Source: Geosiphon pyriformis uo1
Taxonomy: Eukaryota > Fungi > Glomeromycota
Direction of reading: 5' to 3'
Assembly: GCA_016748015.1 (NCBI GenBank)
Contig: JAAOMT010000096.1
Location: 195,955 to 259,954 of the forward strand
Length of the DNA stretch: 64,000 nucleotides
Made by a program: the position numbers and the translations under genes. The notes beneath the pieces are model-generated. The model did no database searches. It saw only the letters and a program-made list of their open reading frames with translations, and was not told the DNA's origin. Of this stretch, positions 12,322-24,324 are shown in pieces (positions within the stretch are counted from its first letter, which is position 1; the number at the start of each line of letters is the position of its first letter).

Positions 12322-13930
12322 AGTAATATTAATTATAAAAAATGAATCCACCTTATTCACTTGATAACTCGCAATCTCAAAATCTTAATGTTTTTTCTAA
12401 TAATCAGGATATTTCCCTTGGAAACCGCTATGAAAACATCAATTATAACGGCTTGAATCATATAACTCAAGATCACGCGGCTAATCTTTCATCTGCACCT
12501 TCAGAACTAGCAGGAACTCATTCAAACCAGCCATCTACTCCACGAAATACGGAAGTACAATATATTCAGCAAGGTTTAAATTCTAGATTTATGGATCCTT
12601 CAGCTCAAACGCTTAGGCAAAGACAAATATACAATCAACAAGATCTTTTACAACAAATTGCAAACATAGAGCGGGATCTTTTAAATTCAATACAAAACTT
12701 AGCTCAATTAAGAAATTTTATTTCTGGTACAGTCTGAGAATTGACCTCCTTATAATGATAAATATAACTGAGGATAATCTTGACTCTCAAAACCCTTTTT
12801 CATTCAGATATGAATTTAGAGAGTTATTAGACTCATCTTATCCTGGCTTAAAACTTTGAATTTAACATTAGAAACTAAAATTGTATATTATAAATAGAAA
12901 TTCTATAATATATATTAAGGGAATAAAATATTAAACTTACGCAAAGTTGTTTCTAATTCAAAATATCTTATTGCTTAATAAAAATATTATAAGTCCAGTG
13001 ATTATTTATTTACTTAATCACCAAATCTTTCATGATATCAGACTGCGTTTTTCATTCAAACAGAATCTATGATTTCAATTAGGTGTGTTCGCAGCTATGC
13101 TGCTCTGAGAAAATATATTTATCATCTATATATTTCAAATCGCTATTTAACTGGTTCCTCTTTAGCTTGCTCAATAATAATAATAGCACCCATATTCGAA
13201 CTTTTTCAAATGCATTCATACTCTATTTTTGTGGCAAACAAACTGCCTGCTATTGTAGCAAACAATTAAGAATAAGATTTCAAAAGAGATTAGTAGAATG
13301 TGGCACGAAAAATGACTGAGATTCGAATAAAATTTCAAAGGATGGCTGAGATCACCAACAAGAGCATATAAAAAATTAGGAATACCCGTTAATGTACAAG
13401 AAACCTATAGCTCAACACTGTGAATTCCTAAACGTGATGGTTCTTAATCCTAAAAAAATTCTTGATAATTTTAGTATTTACCGGAAGCCCTTAACAATGA
13501 CGAGTTCTTCATATTCTCAAATGATGTTAACAACAACTCTGACATTTACATTCAAACTCCAACGATTAAATTATATAAAAAGTTTTAACAGATTACTTTT
13601 CAAAAAATAAATGGGTAGATGAATTTTTTAAGGCGTATAATTGCAACTTTTTATACCTCAAACAATTAAACTGTGAAATTTATGGTTAAATGTGTTTTTT
13701 CATGGTACAGTTTAACTGATTTTTGTAAGCTATTATTTTTTCTCATAAAATAGAGAGTTGGCTTTAATTTCTATTACCAGCACTTTTTGAAGATATTTAA
13801 GAAGTAAAAATTTGAAATGGCCAATGATTCCAAAAAGGCAATCAAATAAGGGTCTTTTCAAAAATCTATAATTGGCAATAGCAGTAATAAGGAAATTTCC
13901 AAGGAAATGATCAAAAAGTCTTTATTGTAA
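12322..13930. repeat. Inverted segmental duplication, left copy (partner about 62005-63512)
   Basis: Reverse-complement alignment by eye covers the ORF and about 1.2 kb downstream (e.g. 13620-13820 vs 62105-62310). This copy has an extra segment at about 13022-13294; the partner has one at about 62312-62622. Confidence 0.85.
12342..12737 (+). CDS. 131-aa Asn/Gln/Ser-rich protein with a C-terminal amphipathic or coiled-coil helix; function unknown
   Basis: Single-exon ORF with AAAAAATG start context and TATATAAA about 60 bp upstream. A paralogue at 63098-63492 (-) keeps the same start, stop and C-terminus (QQIAxIERDLLNSIQNLAQLRNFISGTV). Confidence 0.6.
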   Translation: MNPPYSLDNSQSQNLNVFSNNQDISLGNRYENINYNGLNHITQDHAANLSSAPSELAGTHSNQPSTPRNTEVQYIQQGLNSRFMDPSAQTLRQRQIYNQQDLLQQIANIERDLLNSIQNLAQLRNFISGTV

Positions 13931-14970
13931 CCTGTGTCTACTATGTCAACTGAGCATTCAAAAAATTGGGGAATGAGTGTACAGCATGCAAATTCATATT
14001 TATTGGAAAACTTTACAACAATTTTTCAGCGTGGCAATAAAGCAATTGATAAAATTAAGAATTATATTGTGTTATGCAATTTTTTAATTCAAGTTATGTT
14101 ATATAATACATTAAAAAACATTTTGATTTGTTTTTTTGTTAAACTTTTTGTATATTAACAGTATATAATCCTTAATTATGTATGTTGTTATCTGTTATTA
14201 CCTGTTTAAGCCAACTATGTTAGCTGGTTTTGAATAAAAGTGTTAATTTGAATATATAACTTCAAATTGATGTTGTTTGTTTAAATAAATTATTGTTAAT
14301 TTATATATTAATTTTTTGTATAATATTAGAATATAATATTCATAATATTGACAAGAAAAATTTGGATTTCACTATTCTGGAGTAGCTTTTTCATTTTGCT
14401 TGCTTAAAAAACAAAATTATACAGATATCTAAGAATGTAAAAATAATTTGTAAATTTTGAAAACCTTTTTGCTAATCACTCAGAGACTTGAATTGGTGAT
14501 AACTTTTGGTCACTTGATTTGCAAAAGGGTTATCATCCTCATTACATTAAGTATGCAGCTTAAAGTGACTAAAGAAAAAATTACACCATTATATTTTTTT
14601 TTATAAGACAGTCGGCAGAATATCTCCGATTAAATGGCCTCGGGAAATTTCTGCAGGATCTCATCTTAGATTAATCATGTTATTACTATTATTATTATTA
14701 TTGTTGTTGTTGTTATTAGAACTTCTCATCAAAATCATTATTTAATAGCTAGGAAAATTATTCATTAATTAAGAATAAATTAAATTAAAAAAGCCAAACA
14801 GCGTTATATAACTTGTTTTTGTTTTTGAGAACAATAATAAGAAAAAAGCTTCCATTCTGACTGAAATTTGAGAGCTAATATTTCTAACTATGAAAATAAA
14901 AATAAAAATAATAGTAGAAAACCCTATTTTTGAAAAATTGAAAATTTTTAATGTGGTTTTGGGTATTTGG

Positions 14971-15361
14971 TTACCCCTTTGTTAATTCATGTGGTCTATG
15001 GTATTTTGGTTTCTCCCTTTCTTTTTCACATATGGCAGTAGGACAGGCAGTAGTCGTTCGTGACAACCTGACACATTTTTCACCCATGGAAACAGGTAGG
15101 ACATACTGGCATGACGTTTGGGCAAACCAAACGTTTCTCAAGCGAACCTACTATTGATGTTTGCAATATGAAAAATACAATTAGCATTTTTCCATTTGCA
15201 TAATTAGAAAAATTCCGAAACTTTTAACTTTTGTTAAAAATAGTAATTTATCAACTCATACTTTTTTCCTTTGGGAACGCATCTGCCAAAGTTAATAGAA
15301 AAGCATAAGCAAGAAAAGTGGATATGAGAAGAGTTTTGAAAACTAATTTTCTTTTGGTCAT
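14971..15361 (-). pseudogene. Small secreted Cys-rich (Opy2-like) peptide gene, two exons, with a single +1 frameshift (pseudogene or sequencing error)
   Basis: Exon 1 (15361-15262): MTKRKLVFKTLLISTFLAYAFLLTLADAFPKEK, signal-peptide-like. Intron GTATGA..GCTAAT..TAG. Exon 2 from 15150: IGSLEKR-LVCPNVMPVCPTC, then one extra T at 15090-15092. Removing it gives SMGEKCVRLSRTTTACPTAICEKEREKPKYHRPHELTKG*. Confidence 0.75.
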
Positions 15362-16239
15362 TGTAAAGACCCACTTCCTATTGATAATTCAAATAACTGC
15401 GCTGTAGAAGGATTCATTCACTATGTTGGTCCAAATACAAAACGGCTTTTTATCCAGATGCAAAGCTAACCGAGGATTTGCTATTGATAAATTACCTCTA
15501 ATTAAATAATTTAAACACACCCTTCACTGTTTCCTTACATAAATTTGAAAGTTTTCGGAATGATTGCTTAATTACTTTCTTCTAAAAATTTAGTAATTAG
15601 ACTTTTTAATGATAAAATTATTAAGAGTAAAGCGCTATTTTTTATCTGAAATTGAAGAAACTCTAAAGTTATATTTGGCGAAAATGATATTTTTAACATT
15701 TAGATAGAGTTAGGAAATCAACAATTTATTAATCAAATACTTTTATATCATGGAATTTTCAACACGTTTGTGAAATTTAACTTGAAGATTTAACGAAATA
15801 TATAAAGCGTATCTTCGCTAGATAACTCAATTTGATATTTATAGGTTTAATAGAATTTGAAATTATGTTGAAATATTAGGAACGATTGGATATGTTTAAC
15901 ATATTTGTATTTTATTTTATTTTATTTAAAGTCATAGCTAAATGTTATTGATGCTTTCACCGAGTAGATGACTTAACTCGAATCCTTTTGCTTTTAAAAA
16001 TAGGGTTTTATAGAACATATTTTAAAGTTTAAAACGTTTCTCTTTTGGTATTTATAAACGTCAATTTCATTTACAATATACAAAATAGCAACAGTTTAGA
16101 ATAATAAAATCAACATAAACAATATATCGAGTTATATATATCATTCAATAATCCTTTTGTCCATCAATCAATTCCTATTTCATAAATAGAACTCTGAAAA
16201 TTTGTGTACTTTAGGTCATATTTCAATAATCCTCACATG

Positions 16240-17085
16240 GGCCTTCTAAAATTAAAAGTAGAAGAATTAAGGCATACTATATCTGATCAGAATCTCGAAT
16301 CGCTTCCTGATTACGAGGAAAGAATCGCTGTTCTGCGAAAGCTCAATTCAAACAATATCTTCCTATGATAGATTAATTCAGCGGATGAATTGATTATCAC
16401 CGAATTAATACTTGATAATATCTTGGGTGACTTCAAACCTGAGGAGATTGTGTTTTTACTCTCTTGCTTCTTATTTCAAGAAAGAAAATAAGCGAACCTA
16501 CCTTGACATACCATTTGGAAATGGTATGATGGCAGAATCAGGTACAATTAACCAGAAAAACTAAAATTAATATTTTTATTAGGTTAAAAGAAAATTATAC
16601 TTGATGTTACTCAACATGTTGGAGAAATACAGAGCAAATGTGAATTACCTATTGGACCCAAAGATTACGTTTGTGAACTCAATTTTGGGCTTGTGGAAGT
16701 AGTATATGAATGGGCTAGAGGAATAGTAAAATTATCATATTTACTCTTGGATTAATATCATATCTAATTAGATCATCTCTCTAATACAACCTCCTCGAAA
16801 TTAAAGACCTTTAAAGATATTACCCAACTTACGGATATTTTAGAAGGCTTAATAGTACAATGTATTACTCGACTTGACGAAACTTGCCGCGAGATAAGAA
16901 ATGCTGCTAAAATCATTGGTGATTCATCTTTATATAAAAAGATGGAAAATACGCGAGGCTTGATCAAACGCGATATTGTATTTGCTGCTAGTTTGGTAAG
17001 CCAACTTTGTTTGAAGGAAATATTTATTTGTTTCATGATAATTTGACCCTATATATATATATAATGTTTTTTGTAGTATTTTTGA
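16240..17085 (+). pseudogene. SKI2: SKI2-like RNA helicase C-terminal (DSHCT) fragment
   Basis: Spliced segments read LRHTISDQNLESLPDYEERIAVLRKL, INSADELIITELILDNILGDFKPEEIVFLLSCFLFQE, NFGLVEVVYEWARG and FKDITQLTDILEGLIVQCITRLDETCREIRNAAKIIGDSSLYKKMENTRGLIKRDIVFAASL|YF*. There is an internal deletion near 16348 and a frameshift/stop near 16490. No helicase core is present upstream. Introns are retained. Confidence 0.88.
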
Positions 17086-17102
17086 AGAAAAATATATAAT
17101 TT

Positions 17103-17217
17103 TTACTTGACACGGGACTTTCATGACAAATATTTTTGTTTGAATGGCTCAACGTCATCAGGTATGTTGTCTATCGGTAATTCAAGGGCACTAGGCACCG
17201 CAATGTGTAGAGCAGAC
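17103..17217 (-). pseudogene. Orphan terminal exon of an unidentified convergent gene
   Basis: CAG acceptor at 17220-17218, then SALHIAVPSALELPIDNIPDDVEPFKQKYLS*KSRVK*. GC-enriched and tail-to-tail with the SKI2 fragment. No upstream exons were found. Confidence 0.35.
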
Positions 17218-18915
17218 CTGTGGAATTAAGATAATAAAACATCATTGCTGTGCATTATCTGTTATGTATTATAGTAAAACACTAAATCTCTATCTGAAAA
17301 GTTGGCATAAACAATAGATGAAGCCATGATTGACTGTTAGTATAAGATTATGTTAACCGAAAAAGTAATCTATGAAAGCAGACAACTAAAAAATTTTAAT
17401 CATCGCAAATCGCATATCAACAAATTCAATTTTCAAAATATCTCTTAGATATTACTTTCGCTCTCTGAATATGTTCCCAAGTGAAAATTCCCAGTCAATT
17501 TATTTGAAGCTGCTATATCAAATAGAAGATTCTCTTCCATTATTAATATAAACGAATTCTCTTGGCCAATATCAAGGGTTCTTAGGGTTGAAGCTTGAAT
17601 GCGATAAATCCTTTTATACTTTTTATAATTTGAGAATTTTTATGAAAATTCCAGTTTTAATGTTGAGGAAACATGAATTGACGGTTGGTTTTATCTTTCG
17701 CATTTTGATTTTGAATTCACAGTGAGTTGATAAATTTATTTTGCATATAATAGTAGAAAATGTTAGCATCGATCCAAAGAATCCTAAAAATGAGTCTGAA
17801 AAGTGAAACAGAGAAACTGTTTCACTAATTAAGTAAAAAGATGAGCAATTTTTTTTTTACATTCATCTCTTTGGCATCAGATAAATCAGATGTAAAATTC
17901 TGAAATAAAATCTAACCTTTTCAATGATAAAAAAATTGGGTTTTCAAAGAAAAGAATTTTGAAAATTATGTCAAGTAACGCAAAAATTTTATTCTAAAAA
18001 TCAAAAAGTATGTTTCATATTAACGATACATTGAACTTCAGAGTAGCGTTAAAAAATTATTTTTTGCTTAATTTCAAAGCATTACCATATTACTAAGACA
18101 CTATTATCAATATACAAAGATAAAACTATTTATACTCTTCTTCAAGTAAACTTTCAATGTGATAAAATTTAATGAAGTACAAAATGAGATTCTTGAAAAT
18201 TAAATGTAGATATAAAATTTACTTTATTACAAATATAAATTTGCTTAGATCTATACTAACATTCTAATATTCAAATTTTTTTTGTAATTTACCTCTATTT
18301 GATATAAAAATAAAAATGTGTATTTGTAATTGGAAAAAGTATTGATGATAAATAAATCAGGTAAAGGAAGATTAAAACAAAAATTTCAAAATATTATCTT
18401 ATCAAAAAAGTCGTGATTTTTTAGAAAATATTTTAGTGTTAAAATTTAATTTTAAAATCCTATATTATCATATCTTGGATTTTTTTGACCATCAAAATTT
18501 GTTAAAAAAATTAATTGTCCAATTATACAACAAAAATATTATTTTATATTAATCAAATAAAATTTTTAAAAATATCTATGTAAAAATAAAAATCGCAAAA
18601 TTTTAACTTTATATTATGATAAAAAATTTTCTTTAAATTTGGATCAAGAAGTATTGAACTATTTAAGATTCTAATTTCTGATGATAGTAATCCTTAAAAA
18701 TAACAAATATCGCCTGAATGGGTCTGAAAGCTGTGCATTCATTTAGATTTAAACTATTTTAATTAGCATGTTCGGGTGCTTTGAAGCTTCAAGATTAGTT
18801 AATACATGTATTAAGTATAAAGTTCTAATCTTCAAATATTTTCTTCAGGCTACTCGATCGAATAGGATCAACCATATAAGAGTCAAAGGTGTGCCATATT
18901 CAGGTTCCTGAGGCA

Positions 18916-20216
18916 TCAACATATCCCCATTAAATAGCCGAAATATGGACCAAAGTGTGGCTCTAGTCTTAAATTATTTGGTGCTTGAGAAATTTGTGCC
19001 ATTTCGTTGCATTCCTTTTATATAAATGGAAAAATTATGTCATATGAAGTTAAAATTTCTAGAAAATTTAAAAAGTTTAAAAACTATCACCTTGGGCTCT
19101 TCAAATCTCTGTAAATATTCATTCCAAAATTCTTTACATGCATAAAGATTAAAATGTACTGAATTTATGTCAGAATTTTTTGAGATAGATGGATCTGAGC
19201 ATTCGCAATCTTGTTCAATCCAATATTCATACGCAGAATGAAAATATCCTTTTAAATCTTCGCTTCTGGGAGGCATTTGTGGGATAAAATCATCTTGATA
19301 GGTGATCCGGTATATAGCTATCCAATCATTTAAAAATCTTGATAAAGGAAGTTCTCCCATTCGTGGTTGACCAAATGTAAAGACAGATATCAATCTAGTA
19401 TTCAAAATTCTTGAGATCCTGAAAGCACCTATGATAGCGTAAACTCGAAAAGAAGAAGAGCCAGGAAATATAATTAAAGTCTGAAATATGCGGCTATATA
19501 AAATTATAACTGTAAATTAAATAAAAAGCTTACCACCACCTTCACCATGACCGGTTGTGATTATCGCGTACTTAAGAATGTCTATTTTTCTAACCAAACT
19601 CTTCATCATTTTCTCTATTTGTGGCCAGGCTTCTTCAAATGAATTCCACCAAAATTTATCCGCTTTATATTTGTAAATAATTGGGATGGGAATTAATACA
19701 TTTTCTCTGTTTTTCCATTGATCCACACTCAAATTCATCCGTCCTCGAAAATAAATGATGATTTCTTTAGTTTCCTCCAGTTTTATTGCTTTAGCTATTA
19801 AAAATTAAAAGACATCAATGTAAAATCAAGTTCTTATAAATGCGTCTTGTCTTACCCCAAACAAATGGCCCTTTTCTATCAGTTGAATCTTTCAAACAAT
19901 AAGCTTTTTTGGCGTATTGAGCAAATTTCTTGAATGTAAAAAGAAGAGGAGGGTTATAATTAAGTCCAAGTAGCCTCTTATTTGACCACCGGCTTTCTCG
20001 AGGAAATAAATTTATCGTTGAAGCATTTTTCAAATATTCCTGATTACTTTTGTAAAGTTTCACAGGACTTGAAATTTGACTTTCAAATGTCTTGAAAATT
20101 TCTGTTTTTTTCTTTGGCAATCGATTAAGTGAGAATAATGTAACCAAGCTTAAAATTAATAACAATATGTAATAAGATTTAAATTTTCGCACCGATGATA
20201 AATTGAGAAAGCTCAT
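18916..20216 (-). CDS. Class-3 lipase-like alpha/beta hydrolase with N-terminal signal/anchor; nucleophile Ser replaced by Gly
   Basis: Four exons: 20216-19856, 19794-19534, 19443-19091 and about 19015-18916. Motifs: AKKAYC, IIIYFRG, TGHGEGG (canonical GHSxGG), VFTFGQPRMG, RITYQDDFIPQMP, YFHSAYEYWI, ECN...PHFGPYFG. Confidence 0.88.
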
Positions 20217-23037
20217 TACTATAATTGAGAATTGGGAATTTCTAGTTCTTGTTTATTTAGATAAGCTATTTAGATAAGTTATTTATATAAATTGAACGAC
20301 GATTATCCGGAATAATAAAAGGTGTCTAGAAATACATGAAGAAAATCCCTGTGTTTCAGTTTAAAATCGAGCAAATTTATTTCAATATCAAAATAACCAA
20401 TGTAAAATTCTGTTGTTGCAAATTGACCATAGCCTTTTGCCAAACTTTTTTAGATTTAATTGTTCTCATACTGGATCTCATAACTAAAAAATTACTTTAA
20501 TACAAGTGGAATTCTTTTATTTTAAAATATTGAAAATTTTTTCATTTTAAATATCGATCGTCAAGAGTAACTAGGAGCAAAGTGTAATGAATAACATTTT
20601 TTTGATATGCAATAGTATGATGGAGATGCATATCATGAATGTATTTTAAACAAGAAAACATACCTTAACTATCGCGATCATTTATTGATACGAATTCAAA
20701 GCAGTGTATTTATATGTTTCTGCAAAGCGTTTGGTCGATGAATTAAATGTGCGTGACTTAAAACTTTTAATGTTACTTGTTAAATATTTATGAGTTATGA
20801 TTCAATTTGATTTCTTGTTATCCAACTCTATCTCGAATACTTTAAAATTCAAAAGATTTAATTTTCGTGAATCAGAAAAGATGTTTGTCCTTATGCTTTA
20901 GTGAATCCAACTGCTCTCTCAATAAAGATATGGATATAATAAAGTTAATAATATTTCTCGTATAAGAATAAAATGTAGAAGTTTTTTCTTAATATTTTAG
21001 AGCAGTATTCTGTCGGGAACAAAGAATTTAAACTTTATGTTTTTTCAATCAAAAATTCATTTATCGAGTTTTCAACATATATTGATTATGCAGTTTCAAA
21101 GAGATTATGAAAACTCCTTTTAATTCCTGATCCAACATTTAATTCATAATGGATTACATTTTGGTATGCTAAATTCTGACAAATGATTATGTTTAAAAAT
21201 TGACTGCTATTTATTGTTGAAAATACTTTTTGTAAGATTTTTTTGAATCAAACAAGATTTAATATTTCAGCATATCATTGTTAAAATTATTTAAAAAGAC
21301 TTTGTTTTTTTTTGGTTTTTTTTTTAGAAAATAATCAAAGATTTTCTATTATTTATTTAAAAATATTTATTTTTTATTATTGATATTATGAAAATTTTAA
21401 TTAAAAATGTTGTTTATAAAGATTAAAACTGCTTTACATCTTTGATAATTTTTTATAATTTAATAAATTAAATAAAAATAAAAAACTAAATATTCATGTA
21501 ATATTATTAGACATAATTTAAATTCAATTTATTAAAATTGTATTTTTTAATATAAAATTGTATTTTTAATTAATTAAATTATTATTTTTTATTAATACAT
21601 TACATATATTTGATTTTTAAAAGGCGTTAAACTTTTAAATTGGTTTTTTTAAAATTTAAAATTTAAAATTTCCGAGATAAATTTAATATAGTGATAATTT
21701 TAAAATTATTATATAATATTAAAATGGTTTTTTAATAAATTATAATTAGTATGATTTTAAAAAAAAGATAAAAACATTATTTCATTTTTATAATTATAAC
21801 ATGGTTGAAACTTCAAATTATATAAATACAATTAATTGCCATTAATATATTGATCATTTGTTTTATTTACAATTTCATTTCTATTCAATATTAATTTTTA
21901 TATATAATATTTGAATTTAATATTAAATAATATGTTAAATATATTTTGGCTATATATTTAAAATTTATAATTGAAAATTTTTAAGGTTAAAATATATTAT
22001 ATAAAAATAAAAAACATGCTTTTATTTGGTTTTTGAATTACTGTTCGAAAAAAATGATTAAAATTTTGTTTAAGCTATTCAAAATAATATTTTAAAAGAC
22101 TTTTTAAAATAATGAATTATTTTGTGATAATTTTGGACCAAATGAATAAAAAAAAAGTAAAAATGTTATCTTATAGCAAAAAGATTATTAAAATCATAAA
22201 GATAAAATAACTATTATTACAATTATTAGAAATGAATACATATTAACAAAGAATTTTTTAAGTAATAAAAAAATTATAATTTTTATAAAAGATATTACAA
22301 TTACAATTTGTTTTTTAGTGATATCCAATAAAGGAATTTTTCTTAAAAACAATTCATAAACCAATTGGTTACAATGCAAAAAAAGCTTGACGTATTAGAG
22401 TCAATTATTAAATGCTTTCATATTATGAAAGGTTCAAAATTCTTTCATTTTTCCATTTAGCAATTGACGTAAGCAGAAACATCCCACATGGCAATCTTAT
22501 GCTGAATTTAACGAGTAAAGACAGAAAGGTTATTTGATTATGGGTGAAAAAGTCTTAGAAAAATCAACCTTAATTTTTGTTGTGATATAATTATTTCTGT
22601 ATCTTTGCCGCAAAAATATAATCGATTAATCCATTTCAGTCGAGGAACTAATTCGACAAAAGTTATCATATCGATCTCTGTTAATTTCTTTATCATGATC
22701 AAACTAAGGATAGTATTCTCTGTATAAAATTTTACCCATCATTTTTTTTCTACTATACATAAAAATTTTAAGTAATTTATATGATTTAAAGCGCTGCAAA
22801 GACATTTTGAGTTGTAATATAAGCATAAAGCGTTGCCAAGAAATCTCGAATTGTAGTTAGACATTATTAAAAATCTCTTTAGCGGTCATCTTGGGTTTGG
22901 TTAAATTTGTAGAGGGAATTTTCCTCTTCAATTATAGAGCTAAATAAAATAATCTAATTAAAAAAGTTTAATATAAAGATACGGTTTCGTTGGTTCAAAA
23001 TTTAATAAGGAGCAAATTACATTAATGGACCAAAAAA

Positions 23038-23426
23038 ATGTACAAAATCCAACATAAACTGTTTTTAAGTTTTATTATATTATTTCTCATTATTGCTCTA
23101 GCTTAGAATCGCCAACTCCCATTAGGTAAAGAAAATTTTGGGGTTTTCAATTATTAATTTATTTTATAAACTAAAAAATCGGCAAATTGTTAAAATTTAT
23201 TCTATTTACATCTGACAAAATTTTATACTCTTGCTACCAAAAAGATGTTCGAGAAAAGTGTATCAAATGCTTGATAGTTAACCACTGTGCAAATAATTCG
23301 TGTCGGCCATTCCAAAACTGTATAGATATTCCAGAAACGTATCAAAATTGTAAAGTTTATGAATGTTTAAATTCATGGATAGGAAATAATTTTAAAAGGT
23401 TTTTCAAAATATTTTTGGAATCTTAA
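23038..23426 (+). pseudogene. Second small secreted Opy2-like Cys-rich peptide gene, two exons, premature stop
   Basis: Exon 1 (23038-23125): MYKIQHKLFLSFIILFLIIALA*NRQLPL with TAG at 23104-23106. Phase-1 intron GTAAAG..AAG. Exon 2 (23245-23426): DVREKCIKCLIVNHCANNSCRPFQNCIDIPETYQNCKVYEC, with Tyr (TAT) at an expected Cys position. Confidence 0.65.
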
Positions 23427-24287
23427 GCATGAAAAATATGATATATCTGTTTGGAATCTTATTTCTAATTTCTTTATTCAATTGAAATTAAAATAATAGA
23501 TATCCAAGACCAGTCGGTTACATGTGTCATACTCAAAATAGCTGTTTTAAGCGGGATTTCTTTTTGAAAGATTCAGAATTTAGATAAATTATTTTTAAGA
23601 AAAGGTTCCAAATTTTTTTTTTTAAAAATCAAAATCCTTTATAATATATTTTTAAAATTGAATTTGGACAATTTTATTAAAATCTTATTTATTAATTTAA
23701 AATTTTAATCCCACTTTAAAAAATTAAAGACTTTTAAAGATAACTATTAACTTTGTAAAACTTGGAAATTAAATATTATTCTCTACTTAATTATTAAATA
23801 TACACTTTTAATTAAATAAAAGAACAGTTATACGAATAGCAAATCTTTTAACAGTACAAAGGAATACCGTTTATTTTAATATCTCTGACTTTTCAGATTC
23901 AAAAACACCAATTTTCTCTATTTATTAAAGGATTTCATATCTTTGATTTTAAAGAAAGTTCTATATGAAATACTTGTTAAATATAGTTTATTTATTGTCT
24001 TTTGAACCGTTAAAACTGCATCCTACTTTTATCTATTTATTGATAAATGATCGACAAAAACTTTTTTAAAATTTAAAAAGTTACGATCTTATTTCATATC
24101 GTAATATTATCATTAAATTATTATTTCTTGTAAAATTTAAGACCTCTATAAGAATATACTAATTTTTTTGGCAAAAATATTATTAATTAAAAAACCATAC
24201 TAATACTTATTATCTTATAAATCACTACAAATAATTTTTTTTACATGGTTATTATTAGAATAATAGATATTTTTTTTAAAGTTGGCC

Positions 24288-24323
<36 letters not shown>
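24288..24323. repeat. (TAT)n microsatellite
   Basis: Directly visible. Confidence 0.9.

Positions 24324-24324
<1 letters not shown>

Noticed and set aside
14951-15157. Plus-strand 68-aa ORF MWFWVFGYPF..
   Set aside because: It is the antisense shadow of the Cys-rich peptide exon, which has the better evidence (signal exon, splice sites, Cys pattern).
16773-17124. Minus-strand ORFs 16773-17036 and 16930-17124
   Set aside because: They are antisense to the SKI2 DSHCT fragment.
17390-17703. Stop-riddled minus-strand frame (..SSFNPKNP*YWPREF..)
   Set aside because: Possibly a decayed gene, but no family is recognisable and there are too many stops to support a call.
21200-22400. Extremely AT-rich blocks here and at about 23.5-24.8, 36.6-37.7, 47.9-49.2, 60.4-61.1 and 63.5-64 kb, with short I/K/N/F-rich ORFs
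   Set aside because: Probably terminally mutated TE relics, but I could not recover diagnostic motifs. The ORFs are compositional artefacts.
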